Counted from the stretch's first letter, positions 39,109 through 52,127 are shown. The stretch: 64,000 nt of DNA from Lophium mytilinum (GCA_010093605.1 MU004195.1:372001-436000); one strand, 5' to 3'. Notes: generated by a model not told the origin, from the letters alone. Made by a program: numbers and translations.

Positions 39109-39959
39109 ATGCCCTCCTACGTCGTCGTCGGTGCCTCTCGCGGCCTAGGCTACGCCTGGCTCCAAAACCTCAGCGCATCCCCCTCCAACACCGTCGTCGG
39201 CCTCGTCCGCACCCCCGGCCCCGTCATAGACCAACTCACCTCCGACAAAATCTCCAACGTCCATGTGCTTCCAGCCGACTTGGCCGACCACGTCTCTCTG
39301 AAAGCAGCCGCGGCAGAAGTCTCTAAGCTAACAAACGGCTCCGTCGACTACCTCATCGTCAACGGCGCTTACATGAACCACACGACCGCGAACCTGACGC
39401 CCACAGCATTGATCGGGAAGGAAGAGCTGCTGCAAGAAGAAATGAGGAGGAATGTTGACGTTAACCTCACGGGCCCCATGTTCGCAATCAATGCGTTCTT
39501 GCCGCTTGTGAGGAAAAGCAGCATCAAAAAAATCATCGTGCTTTCGACTGGATTGGCTGATCCCGTAGGTACCAAGGAGGGCGGGCTCGCCTCAGCGGTA
39601 GCCTACAGCAGCATCAAGGCGGCGTTGAATATGGTTGTGGTCAAGTATGCTCTTGAGTTGAAAGAGGAGGGAATTGTGGTGCTGGCGTTGAGCCCTGGTG
39701 TCATCAACACGAGGCTGGACACTCGTAAGTGGGCTGTCTGTCTGAGCCGAGCGACTGAACTGACGCGGGTGTAGCTTCTGAGGAGGAGATGGCCGGTATG
39801 ATGGATATGATGAAGAGATTCCAGCTTAAATATCCACATTGGACTGGGCCGATGAAGGCGGAGGAGAGCGTGGCTATGCAGAAGGATGTTATTGAGAAGA
39901 TCACTATCGAGGAGAGCGGCGAATTTTTGTCGCATAAGGGGAATAAAGAGTGGCTTTAG
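39109..39959 (+). CDS. Short-chain dehydrogenase/reductase (C-factor/sniffer-like); intron 39725-39774
   Basis: YVVVGASRGLG, VDYLIVNGA, AYSSIKAALN, LALSPGVINT; TATAAA at ~39017. Confidence 0.92.
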
Positions 39960-42329
39960 AGAACTCCGTGGAGGACGATATGACTCGTTCGGCTTCGTTA
40001 TTCTACGTCCCGAAAGAGTGGAGGTGTGACACGGACAGCCTACGAGAAAGTTGAGCGAAGACAGTTCTGTAATCCCGCAATCAACAACCGTCTCTGTCAA
40101 ACCCTATTGCGCTCCAATAGTTTCACGTCGGGCGTTTACCAATTGTTCAAATTTCTTCGTAAACTCAGAGACTTACTTCTTCACGTCTCTCATAACAGCT
40201 ATACTTACAACTAACACATCAAATTCCTACATCCCCACTTCCGGTACCACTAATATATCATGGCTCAGGCGCAGCATAGCCACCGGTTCAAGGCTAGACC
40301 AAGGTTTTGAGAAGACTACTTGTGTTATTGACAGCGTACTAAGCTGTCAAATTGAGTTCCAGCAACGATGGTCCCTCGTGCGACTCGGAAGGTCGGAAGG
40401 ATTGTAGCAGATGTTGGCTTAACCACAATATGACCGTGTTAAACGTTTGCAAAGCTTTGCATGACGATGTTCACGCGACTAGTTCCTGATGCGAAGACTC
40501 CTGTTCAGATATTAAGTGCCGTTTAGTAGAGTTCCAGAAGAAATGTGCAGTTTCAACGCTGTGGCATAGCGGTGGAAATGCCAGGGACCCCAGAGAACAC
40601 CAACGATATATATAGGTAGACATTTGAGATTGTAGCTTAAAGAGGTTTTGTCGTGCCATGGTGGTCTTTCCACGGGAACACGCCAGCTTCCAGAATAGAC
40701 TTAGAATTCTCCTTTGCGGCCTTCATTCGTTGATGTGAAGTCTCGTAAAGCGACTTCGAACGTTTATTTGACAAGTTTTCGCGGGGCTCACCATATAGCT
40801 GGAAGTTCAGTCACGAGTTTTACCCATGTTAGTTCCAGAGGCGATGGCCTCGGGACGGGAACTGTGAAGAAGAGGAGAATGATAGGGCCTTGCAGGCGGG
40901 CCTAGCATTGCGTAGCTACTCAGTGTCCTTTCTCTTCCCGTCTCGTCAGCGATGAGCTATGTGCTAACGCTCTATCAAGGCAGAGCGTGACGATGAATGA
41001 TGGCGGATCGCTCGACTAAATAACGGCTTGTGTGTAGAAGGGAAGCCATGGAGGCTGACTAGTTGAAAGGCATTTTTGCGCAACAGAGCATGCGACACCG
41101 AGGGCTATACACTTAAAGTGACGATGCTGTTCTTGAGTAAACCGACTTTGGATCTAAACGGTTATTTTCTGCTTGGGGGATGCCTTTGCTCGCGTTTGAC
41201 TTGATGAGTTGCGAAGGGCAGGTCGCAGGCTAATGTCGTCGATCGCGCTGCTGGCGTAAGGAGAAAGGCCGTCTACCATTTCAGTCAGCTGTTAGATGGT
41301 GCTGACAACAAAGACGATGCGCTTGCTGATGTTGTTGCGATGGTTCACGCTGGTGGAGATGATTGAGTCCGACTTGGCTTGGTTCAGTGACAACTTTTTC
41401 TGCGCCCCGCGCCTGAGTCTACCCATCCTCCTCAACACCACAAAGCCATCAATCATTGGCCATCAACCATTCCGAGTCGATACTTGACCACAGACCTGTG
41501 AAATCTTAAAGCCAATTCTCTAACCAGCGATGCATTGCAACCACTTTTGAGTCTCGTAAGAAGCTGCGGCCGATATGAGTCTGTTGCGATGTCCTGAGTC
41601 CAAGCGCGTCCTCCCATGACCTCTTACCTAGGTATGCTTGAGAGGAAATCTTTCCTCTCTCCCTCTCAATTTGTACCAGCGATTGTGTGCAATGTAATGC
41701 GACATATTTCGCGTTTCGAAGTATGAACACGCGATCCTGCCGTCTCCGTCTTCCATCTGTCCTTCCCAAATTGCCAGCCCTTAAGCAATGTAAAGCTCAT
41801 GATAGCACGAAGCTGGTCTTGAAGAGGCAGGTACGTTCGGTCTATTGGCTGCTTTCGTAGGACTATCCAAAGCACGGTGAGACGGCGGCAAGCTTAGCTC
41901 AAGATGGCTGTCATTTTTCCCCCCACGAAGGTCTGTGTACGGGAGCCGATCGCCACACAGACGCGGGTGAGATCTCTGGCATTTAATTTTCTTTGCGTGG
42001 TATTAATGTGCTGAACGCTTTCAGATATCCCACTTAATTGGCTATCAGTACTTCTACTAAACATGGGATTGCGACGTTCAATTCCCAGTTGTCCATTAAT
42101 CTTCGTCGCCCAGCTGCACGTCACAACGCCACCCGTCGGGGACTGCGCGTGAGCGGGCCAGTATCTCGAAAGATCGACAAGCGTGGCATGAAATGGCATG
42201 CTATGGCCTTTGCGGCGTGGCTCGTGTTCAATTTCCCCAACTCTTGCGCATCCGCGAAGTCGACACGATGGTTCATCTTTTGTCCTCCTTCAGAGCTCCT
42301 TCGATACTCTGGTTTTCCGTCCTTGTGTA

Positions 42330-43573
42330 ATGGGGTCAAATATCAACCTCAATGCGACACAACAGCCCCAGATATGGGCTGCCGTCGGGACCACGTATGC
42401 GTTAGCCGTAGCCTTTGTGGCCCTACGCACTTTCGCCCGTCGGTTGCTCAGGAACACCTTGTGGCTTGACGACTGGCTGCTATTCGCGTCGCTGGTTAGT
42501 TCTTCCTCGGCACGACCTTCGATATCAAAACTTACAGACTCATCAGGCTTCATTGACTGCTCTGCTTGTCGTGATCAAGCTATGTAGGCATCTTTTGCTG
42601 CCCTTCATTTAATTTTCTGACGAAGACTCAAAGCGACTGACAGCGGGCTCGGAAGACATACCGCGATATTCCCGCCTAACGAGCTTCCAGACGTATATGC
42701 CAGCATCTTCAAATACTTGTATGATGGTTGGATCGTTTGGACTGTTACCATCACCATCGTCAAGTTTTCCGTCCTTGCCTTCTACTGGCGCATCTTCAAA
42801 TACACCTCCATAGCCATCCCAATCTTTGTCCTCGGCGGCGTTACAGCATGCTGGGGCATCGCTACTGTAGGGGCCTCTTCTACGAGAACAGTCCAGGATA
42901 AAACGTCTAACGAACTGGCTTTCAGATCACTGTCGTAGCGCTCCAATGCCCCCGCGAACACGACGGCTCCTGTCGCACGGTCCCTCTGGCGCTTTTCTAC
43001 TGTTCCGCCATCGTCCACATCGTCACCGACGCATCCATCCTTGCACTCCCCCTCTTCTACGTCTTCAGCACCAAGCGCCCGCTTTCAGAGAAGTTCGCCA
43101 TCGCGGGCATGTTCATGCTCGGGAGTCTAGTCGTTGTTATTGCCATCATTCGCATCGTCTTCCTAGATAACGACTCCATGGACGACCCCGACATCACATG
43201 GACCTTCGTTAATGTTGCCATACTATCAAATGTGGAATGTGCTGTCGCGATCATATCGGCGTGCTTGCCATGCTTGAGACCAGCGTGTCGATGGCTGCTC
43301 AGAGGCTCGCCCTTTGCGAAACCTTCGCTCAGCAGGCCAATGACCTCGCGCCAGAGGTGTGTCTTCCGCCAAAATCGATTGCAGGCAATCCAAGGCCCCA
43401 GAGCTGTCGTTTTTGATGGGTCCCAAGATTTGTTTTCGGATACCAGCGGTACCACGTCCAGCGGGGTGCTGAAGTCGCGTACACCCTTCCCCGACGACGA
43501 ATTAAGCCTCCAGCTGCAGGACTTGTCCGGTCTTTTGAATGATTCAAAAGTCGGCGTCGAGACAACCGTCTGA
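42330..43573 (+). CDS. PTH11-like integral membrane (fungal rhodopsin-domain) protein without CFEM; 3 introns
   Basis: VALRTFARR...WLDDWL, GLGRH, VKFSVLAFYWRIF, HIVTDASILALPL, F.LG..V....IIR and VECAVAIISACLPCLRP. Confidence 0.9.
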
Positions 43574-43689
43574 TTCACATTCTTTCTCTCTGCATCAAGG
43601 GTGTTCCAAGTTCGACGCTCCGCCTTCTAGAGCATATCCATTCTCGTCAAGCTCTCTAGTATCCTAGCTACTCACTCCACTCTCCCACC

Positions 43690-44700
43690 TCACGTCAGCT
43701 TCCTCCCAACACAAACAACCGGGAACAACGTCGGCTGCATCGCCCCCAGCCTCACCTCCGCCCCCGCCCTCCGCACCAGCTCCACATAACCCGCCATCCC
43801 CGTCACCGTGCCGATCTAGCTCCACATTAGCCCCCGCTCCCCCATCACTCAGGTCTCTGCCAACTCACCTCCTCGGCAATCAACATCATGATATCGGTCC
43901 ACGCGGGCCAATACCTCTTCGGCACGTCAAACTGCCTGTACTCCACCTCCTGCAAGCCGTGCTTCTCGAAATGCTCCCCGAGACGCGTGACCCAGTCTTG
44001 CATCCCCGGCGGCTGTTTCGCGAGCATGGCGAGGTAGAACTGCTCGAAGGCGTGCATGTTGGGGAAGCGGGTGGGGTCGGAGGGGTGGGTGGTGTGGCGG
44101 GCGATGTAGGCGGGCATGTTGCCCTCGGTCCATTGGAGATGGCCGCCGGGTTCTGGGGAGGGCGTTAGAAGGTCTCTCCACTTGCGTCTTAGGAATCGCA
44201 CGCGGGGGTAGTCAGATTTGGGGGGGTTCAAGGAAGGTGGTGGAGAGCATACTCAACATCCTCATCAAATTCTCAATCCACCCCCCCGGCTCCCCGTCTT
44301 TAACCACCAGCACAATCAAACTCACTCTTACGACATCGTACTTCCCCACCAACTCCTCCGGGATCTCTTTTGTGCCGTCTAGCACGCTGAACCTCACTTT
44401 TGGCGGCAGCGTCGACGCGTGCGGGAACTGGTCTGCGGAGATGTCGAACCCGTCTAAAGTCGCATTAGTATCCAACTGATCCGCGAGATCGAGTAGCCAG
44501 ATCCCCGTCCCGCACGCAATATCCGCGACTTTCATGTGTTCGTTGATTGGAATGCAGGGGTGCAGTAGATAGCCAATTGACTGGCGGTAGAGGTGGTGCT
44601 GCAGGTTTAGACGAGCTGAGGCGGCATAGTGGCGTTGGAGGATGTAGCCGTCGTCGGGCACGTGGCTGTATTCTTCTGGGACTTTTTGCGGTTCGGACAT
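43690..44700 (-). CDS. LaeA-like class I SAM-dependent methyltransferase; 2 introns
   Basis: RLNLQHHL, KVADIACGTGIWLLD, DGFDIS, GKYDVV, PGGHLQW.E; C-terminus ...VCVGRKLT*. Confidence 0.88.
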
Positions 44701-45666
44701 CTTGAAGGGGGTTGGTTGCGGCTGGCTTAGGAGCGGGTGAGAGTTCGATGTTTCTGGTGTAGTTGCGAGAGGTGTGAGTGATGGGTGGTGAGGATGAGAA
44801 TAGGTGATAGGCTGCTTTTATCTTTAAAGGTGTAGTGGAACCGAGGCATGTAATGCTAGTGCATAGTCGTGGTTGGTTGGCGAGGTGTCGTCCAATAGAT
44901 GGTTGGCATTGTGGTGGTGTTAGTTGGCGGGGAACTGCTGCAGGGCTGAGGTATGTTGGGGGCTAGATGTGCCGGTGAGCAGCCTCGACGGAGACCAAGT
45001 CTTCGGAAGATGTCTTTCCTTGCAAGAGCCCTCGAATCTGTAGATCATCTTATTCCAGTCTCTGTGAAACGAAGCTAAGTGGAGAGACCAATGGATTGCA
45101 TAAGTTGCATAGAGACATCCGGTGGAGCAGAACGTGAAGCAATGGAATCGATCGTCATCAACCTGGAATATAGGCAGTTATACAAGACTCTCTTCCTCCA
45201 AGCTGCTTGGCTCTACGCATGTTTGACTCGGAACTCATAGCCTAGTACAAAAGCCCAGGAAAACATTCGAGAGTTACTTGGTCGGCTATCATACCGCTAT
45301 GCTTCACGAGAAAACACTGAAAAGGGACCACACACGGTCCAATGGGGGGATACAAGAAGACCCTATTTCATAACAAACTACCCATACCACTCCGATCGTG
45401 TGGTTATTGAATCCAACTCACCCAGGATAAAAGCACGAAGTTCAAGGTGCCGGGACATTGCAGAGCATCGATAAGTCCGTCTGGATGAGACGCTACAGTG
45501 AGATAGAGAAGCTGGAATAGCTTCCCATCGCAAAGAACTCTCACTCGTATGGGTAGAGAGTTGGGCATAAAGTGGCAGGTTTCCTGGGTCGAGATCTTTC
45601 CGACGGTCCTCGGGCTTCCATCTTTTCCTGTAGAAGGAGGCAGCCTCGAATTCTCCGCCATCAGCG

Positions 45667-46918
45667 TCAGTACTGGCGGTATTTGATAGGCGCTGACAAG
45701 AGAGGACTGAACGTGATGTCGATAGAATCATTGTCTTCTGGTAACGAGGAGCAATTAGGTGTTGATCGCAGAATCAGATTTTGGCAAACGTTCATTCCGC
45801 ACTCCGGCCTGACGGAATTTGCGTCGCGGAATTGATAAGCGCGAAGATTTTTATGAGCTCGGTGCGGCCAAGGGCATCTTTTCTGGTGAGCATATCTTGG
45901 GTAGAGTCGATCGACACAAAGAGACCGCACGGAGACTGGTCCGCCTTCGTCCGCCAGGCGCCGGAGCTCGAGATTCAAGATCTCAGTGAAGGAATATCCT
46001 TCGTCGCTGGTGTTATATGAGAGTTCATTAGCTTCGCTAGCAGCTAACAGCATGTTCTTTGATGAAATTCCACGGGCGGATGCACCGGAAAAACATGTAT
46101 CTAGCACGGTGAGGCAATCGAAATCCTGTGCGATGAGATTTTCTTGGAAAGGCTTCCATTTCAAGCTTGGTCCGTGATGATGGTTCGTATCTTTGCAGAA
46201 TTGGCCACATCTTGTCGAAGTCAGCGAACAGCGTGCAATTCGCTGAGAAGATGCATACGTACGACGAGAAATTACCCATTTTGTCACTATGGCCGCCATG
46301 TAGAACGATGACCAATTCCTTCTGCCTTTGTGGAGAATTCATTCCTTCGCTTCCAGGCAAAAGGTTGTTGCCGTGCAAGAAATCTCGCAGCCCTGGCTCC
46401 GGATTGGCATTATTTAGATCATGTCGAAGTGTCTCGAACCCGAACTTCCTGCTGAACGTATCCCCGATGGCGTTTAATTCGGCGGGAAGATTATTGATGT
46501 CACTTTGTTGCCACCCGATGAGAAAAACACGGACGGAGGTATAATCATTGCCCGTAACCAAAGCTGTCTGACTGCTGTTGCTCCCCCCGGATGTGGATGA
46601 AATACGACTTCCTATGGTAGATGCGGAGTCAGATCTGTTGTAGTGGGGAGTCAGTGGAACCTGCACCGATTTCTCCCAATGGCATTTCCCCATGGAATCC
46701 TGAAAATAGTGCCTGTTGTGCTCCTTGCTCCATATCCAATCGGGGTTTCCAGTGGGTTGAGCAGAAACAACGGAAGAACTAGCCGTGAACCTCGTGTCTG
46801 ACTGGCTGTCTTTATACCACTTATAAACAGGGACTCTTTCCGCATCGTAGCAAACACGGTAATGGTCGTTGTACGAAGCACTCCAGATCCACTCGGTCGT
46901 CGTAGTCAAATCCGACAT
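45667..46918 (-). CDS. Caspase-fold (C14/CHAT-like clan CD) protein with two N-terminal Trp-rich repeats; intron 46262-46211
   Basis: YTSVRVFLIGW...EL..I.DTF...FGFET, LVIVLHGGH (His), PSLKW, DCLTVLDTCFSG (Cys), LLAAS, and SFTEIL..EL. Confidence 0.72.
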
Positions 46919-47721
46919 GTTGTTCCTAGTCTAGTACTGTGAATCGACAACGTAGATTCCTCGCAAGACGAGCGATTGAGAGGGAATGCTCGAAGAAAGT
47001 GGGTCCAGACCTGGCAGGTGAGCATCCTGGCCGCAGATGCAACGCATATATGTTCCTCACGGCGGTGCGGATGATTTACGGTCCAGGCAACAGGGCAACG
47101 AACCATTCTTCAGAAGGCGGCAAGCGCGCATTGAAGTGCCGCGCTGGCACCATAGAACTCCTGGAGATAAGCCAAGGATAAGCTCGGGGAGATATTGCAG
47201 GATGTTGCAGCAAGTTAGCACCAAGCCGTTTGATTAGGCATCATGTTGATTGGTAGGACCACAAGGCTGAAATAACTCTCGTATAGGGACGCAAGAATGG
47301 TAACCAATACCACGCTTTCGCACTCACCGATAGGCGATGTCGTTCATGCACGAGCCGCAAATGGACAAAGTTGGGCTCATTGATGAGTGAGTGTGGTGGG
47401 TGATGCAAGGCAACCTGAGCTTGGAAAAGCCGGTCCTCCCGAGTCTTCTCGCAGCCTGGGATTCTTTGCCGTTTAGGCGCAAAAAGTGTTCGACAGGAAG
47501 GATACTTGGAAAACCTACCAACATATGCCGAAAGAGAACCGCTGAGACACTGGTCCCACTAGTCACCTCCATGGCTGAAATAGTCTTCAAGGTTAAGCTA
47601 GCATTGAGTATTCTACATCTCGCCGAACTAGAGTTATTGTGTTGTGGAGGTCTCTTGCTCACTCCATGAACTGTTCGTGCTTTCTGGCCGTGTTCAGCCT
47701 CGCCTCACGACTATGCAGAGG

Positions 47722-47748
47722 CATCTTCATCTTCATCTTCATCTTCAT
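47722..47748. repeat. (CATCTT)4.5 microsatellite
   Basis: Read directly from the sequence. Confidence 0.9.
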
Positions 47749-48197
47749 CGGAAAGCCTGCTCAAAGCTTAAAGTCCATAGATGCTCGATGGGCAAGTTAG
47801 CGGTAGTCCTAGAAGATCTCTGGCTGCGACGGCGTGACATGCAGGATAGATGCTGAGATGAACGAGTTGAGGCGAAGATACCCAAGCGTGCCAAGTGGCC
47901 CCTGGTCTCGGGACCTCAGTTAGCAGGTATCAATTAGCGTTGAGCCTATAGAGTCTAGCGCCACTTTAATGATATGAGTACTCATGTCAACCTCGTCAAG
48001 ATAAAAACAGCGCTCCGTCATATTATAGACGAGACGAAAATAACGTACCTTATCTACTTCCAACAAACCTTAATTGTGCTTCGAATTGATGAAAGGTCGA
48101 AGAACTCCTAACCAAAATTTCATGTTTCATATCCCATATGCATCATGTCCTCGGATCTCTATACTGTCTTACAGCCATAATAGTCCAGGTAGTCCTG

Positions 48198-49115
48198 TTA
48201 CAAGCTCTCCACCACCTTCGTCACACACTCCACCAAATCCTCTTTCTCCAAGCTAAGCAACTCATTTGCAAACCCCTCCTTTCCTTCCCAGTCACTCGCC
48301 ACAATCCCATGCACCGCAACGACCTCCTCCGTCGCATGCCCATCCCCCTTCAACATCTTCGGCCTCGACACGGCCAGCAACTCCTTCGAACTACACTGCT
48401 CAAGCTCCCACTTCCCCACACTCCCCGTCGCCATCTCCAGCACCTCCAACAGCTCGTTCTGCGTCACATGGAAGCTGTGCACATACAGCAGCTTATTCTC
48501 CAACCCCCCCTGCTCCTCTTTCGTCAACACCTTCACCACCGCCGTCCCAATCGTATCCAAATTCGTGGCGCTGAACTTAACATCCCCGCCATCCAACACT
48601 TGCACTTTCTTTTTCCGGACATCAAAGCAGAGCAAGCCACCTCGGAGTCCGTAATCGAAGAAATGCCCTGTGATTAGACTCGTCCACGTCATCTTCCCCC
48701 CTTCCCTGTCCCTCCCACATAGCTCCTCGAGATGCGCGCGCACTTTTGCCTTTCCAGCCATCAACGGCAGGATCTCCAGCGTTTCTGGGTCCGCGGAGTC
48801 ACAGCTCCCGAAGTCGGGAGGAATGATGCGCTTCACGCCAGCTGCGAAGGCGGCGTCGGCGAGGCGGAGGCATTCGGCGACGTAAGAGCCCGCCATTGTG
48901 ATAACGAGGGCATCGAAGCCTTTCAAAGCATCCGTGAGGGCGGAGGTGGGGAGGTCGTCGGGAACGGAGATGGTGGGGGTGCTGCCGTAGGTGGATTTGG
49001 AGGAGGCACGGGTGATAATCGTGAGGTTGAGGGATGGGGAGGCTTGGAGGGCGGAGACGATGTGGGGGCCTAGAGTGCCGTTGGCGCCGATGAGGGCGGT
49101 TTTGGTGAAGGCCAT
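48198..49115 (-). CDS. NmrA/isoflavone reductase-like NAD(P)-binding protein, intronless
   Basis: ALIGANGTLG, AGVKRIIPPDFG, WTSLITGHFFDYG and DTIGTAVV. Confidence 0.92.
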   Translation of the reverse strand: MAFTKTALIGANGTLGPHIVSALQASPSLNLTIITRASSKSTYGSTPTISVPDDLPTSALTDALKGFDALVITMAGSYVAECLRLADAAFAAGVKRIIPPDFGSCDSADPETLEILPLMAGKAKVRAHLEELCGRDREGGKMTWTSLITGHFFDYGLRGGLLCFDVRKKKVQVLDGGDVKFSATNLDTIGTAVVKVLTKEEQGGLENKLLYVHSFHVTQNELLEVLEMATGSVGKWELEQCSSKELLAVSRPKMLKGDGHATEEVVAVHGIVASDWEGKEGFANELLSLEKEDLVECVTKVVESL

Positions 49116-49859
49116 GGTGGATGAGTTGTGAGAATTGTGGTATTAATTTCAGATTGGCTTTCTTTAGAGTCCTCTAGGGGTGGCCAGAGTGATTGAGTGA
49201 GATCTAAATGCGAAGAAAAGTATTGAGAGGATCCGCGATGAGACAGAGGCTGGTATGTACTTATGTATCCCAAGGGCGTGGAAAGGGACTAGGGTATGTA
49301 CAGACAGATGTAAATTTGTATATTAGGCAATGAGTCATACCACCACTCAGCAAAAAGAAGAGATATCGGCTTATAAAGGAAGCGGTATTACACATCTATG
49401 ATGCAGTAGCCTCTGTAGGTTTGGTGTTAGTGGAAAGGAGGTAGTGTTGCGGTTACAAGCGGGGTAAAGTTTTTCACGACAAAACGCGCAGAGGTGGGGT
49501 GTGGTACAAGCAAATGGCTATTTGACGTGGCCTTTCAAAGTTCTAGATACTGAAAGGAGCCAATAGTTGAAACGGACGCAAGACGTTCCAGGATACGCGG
49601 TTATGAGTCTCACGAAATCACGTGATGATTATTGAAATTTATATTCGACTTTTTGTGGTCTCAATTGAGCAACGTGAAGTTAAGATATTTCGAGACAACA
49701 GCAGAGTCTTTAGTTGTCTCTGAGTGTTTTTAGATGGACACGATGGTGCAGGTGGTGAAGACAGTTCAGTGTTCTGAGTTGCAGGGGTGCTCTCATGACT
49801 CGGGGAAAATGCGCTACTGAACAACCACAACCTCAATTCCATCCCATCCCACCACGCCA

Positions 49860-50698
49860 ATGTTCGACCTTCCCCAGGCCAAGCGGTATTTACGGACCTC
49901 TCGATCTGATGAAGTGATGATCTAATAACTCACAGTGTCCGTCGCGATGAGCTCTACTCGCCGGCCCCCTCTCCGCGCTCCTCCCCGGATCCCGCCTTGA
50001 CCGAGCTCCTGCGCATCCAGGCGCAAAATATCTCCTTCGAGACGGTCGAGACAGCGAACAACCCAGCTACAGCTCCAGACCATCAGAACGCAGCTGATGA
50101 AGAAGACGAAGAGGAGGAACTCGAGTTTCACCTTTTTGCGCCCACGGCAGCTCAAGAATCCAATGATGCGCCTCCACATCGAATCAGAATTGGCTCCCCG
50201 GACCGGAATGGGAAAGAGGGTTTTGTTGTCCCAGAACGGCCGCCAGAATACTACTTCGCCACCGAAGCGGACGACACACGGCGAGCGCAACTGAACGCGG
50301 CGGCGATCAGTGGAGAAGAAGTGCTGGAGCGGGCGAAGATACCATGGCCTGGGTTTGAGATGCCGTGGCGCGTTACGAAGATATCCTCGAGGGGGTTGGT
50401 AAAGGACGTAGTTGCCGGGCACGCTGATGTTCTTGTTGAACTTGAAGTCGGAAAGCGGAAGCGGCCGGGGAAGAAGGCAAGGATTAAGACGCGGATCAAG
50501 GCGAAGGAGGAACATTTGAAGAGAGAAACAGCTGAAAAATCAGCGAAGGACAAGGAGATGGCGGAAAAGGAGAAGAAGATTAGGAGGAATAGGGTGAAGC
50601 AGCTCAAGAAGAGGGCGAGAGATAAAGCTAAAAAGGCGGAAGATGGAGACGCGGCGGGTGTTGGGGACGAGAAGGGGGGTCCTGGAGAAGAGGCGTGA
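49860..50698 (+). CDS. Fungal DUF2011-like protein; one short intron near 49886-49935
   Basis: MFDLPQAKR|VRRDEL, EFHLFA, GFVVPERPPEYYF, AISGEEVL...PWPG..PWRV, KRPGKKAR and a Lys-rich tail. Confidence 0.82.
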
Positions 50699-50731
50699 AG
50701 CGCTTTGCACTAACTTAAGTAAGTATTGTAA

Positions 50732-51485
50732 GGGCACACTCGTCTCAAGTTCGAAGCAATGCAAATCAGACTACTCCTTGACGCGTTGGCTACTGACTAG
50801 CTGGGCCACTCCTCCCAGTGGTATCCGGAGAGCAAGATTAGAGTTAAGTAGTAACAGATTAGCGTGTCACAGCATTTCGAAGATCCAAGGGCAATATCGA
50901 TGTTCAAGCAATATATATTAGACTGCCTTTTGTCTAGTTAGCTTCTCGGTTATTAGGCCACCCCCTAAAGTGGTACTAAGTAAGCAACACTAGAACTAAA
51001 CAGTAATAATATCTATCTTGCAGGATATTAAAGGTCTAAGGGCGATGTTAATTCTTAAGCAGTATATATTAGGCTGTCTCTTACCCAGTTGGCTTTTTAG
51101 TAGCTAGGCCACCCCCAACAGTGGTGTCGAGTAATCAATACAACAGGTAAGCAGTGATAATATTTATGCTACGGATTTCAAAAGCCTAAGGGCGATATTA
51201 ATTTTCAAGCAGTGTATATTAGACTGCCTCTTGTCTAGTTAGCTTCTCGGCAGCTAGGCCACCCCCTAAGGTGGTGTTGAGGGGGTAACACTAGAGGTAA
51301 GTAGTAGTGATATCTATAGTATAGGATTTTGAGGCATAAGAGCAATATCAATTCTCAAGCAGTGTACATCAGACTGCCTTTTATCTAGTTGGCTTCTCAC
51401 CAGCCAGGCCACCCCCTAAAGTGGCATCGAGTGAGCACTGTTAGAGCCAAGCAGTGATAATATTCGTGTGCCCAGACTTATGGCC
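50732..51485. mobile_element. Non-autonomous TIR element carrying ~5 tandem copies of a 150-bp unit, RIP-like decay
   Basis: Anchor t(t/c)ag(a/g)ctg recurs at ~50918, 51069, 51219 and 51369. The element ends in gtgtgcccagacttatggcc+TA (51466-51487). A left-end remnant gggcacac lies at 50732. Confidence 0.7.
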
Positions 51486-51930
51486 TATTACTGTACGTTG
51501 TTCTCCAGATCACGAGGTTTCCGACTCTCCTTCATTGTGTCTCAAGGGAGTTATCTCATCTTGTACTCACATTGGGTGCATTCCATAAGATCTTCCATCA
51601 AAACCCTCACTCTCATCAACGTATTCCTACCCAAAATAAGCACCAACGTGAAGTGTGTTCATGGAGAACTTCGCCACGATGTGACTTGATCGACCACTCG
51701 CTAGTCAGAGACCCGCACCAGTACGTGATTGTATCACCGTACTTCAACTTACCAGGGTGCTGGCTCCATGAGAGAGTTCTCTAGTTATTCGTCGCCTGCT
51801 AGCCGTTTGGTAGAGTCTTGCAACACTCCTAGTCATAACGAAAGCTTCCACAAACATATGTCATTACTCTTTCTTCGTCTGATCAGCCGGACTCGGTGTC
51901 CAGCTCTGCAGACTTGTAGGGACAGTGACA

Positions 51931-52127
51931 GGCCACAAGTCTGGGCACACTGGTATGCCACTACTTGGGGTACCCCCACAGGATATCAAGGGCTCAAGGG
52001 CGATGTCAAGTTTCAAACAGTGCAGATTAGACTGCCTCTTGACTCACTGCCTGCTTAACAGCCAGGCCACCCCGAACAGTCGTGTTGAGTGGGCAAGTTA
52101 GAGCCGCGTGTGCCCAGACTTGTGGCC
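51931..52127. mobile_element. 197-bp MITE-like element with perfect 20-bp TIRs enclosing about one 150-bp unit
   Basis: ggccacaagtctgggcacac (51931-51950) and gtgtgcccagacttgtggcc (52108-52127) are exact reverse complements; flanks are CA and TA. The internal aagggcgatgtcaagtttcaa...ttagactgcctcttg...ccaggccacccc matches the array unit. Confidence 0.8.

Noticed and set aside
27836..44700. Secondary-metabolite gene cluster (SDRs, laccase, transporter, TF, methyltransferase)
   Set aside because: No PKS, NRPS, terpene cyclase, DMATS or DUF3328 gene is in the window, and the genes are dispersed.
8631..49626. TCACGTGA E-boxes near several promoters (8631, 12953, 27802, 32362, 49618)
   Set aside because: This is a common fungal bHLH motif, and no specific regulon can be inferred.
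50732..51485. CRISPR-like array, or a KR-delimited peptide precursor (the minus frame reads ...LDKRQS.. in each unit)
   Set aside because: The context is eukaryotic and whole units repeat with no unique spacers. The frames examined are full of stops and no signal peptide is seen; the TIRs explain the array better.
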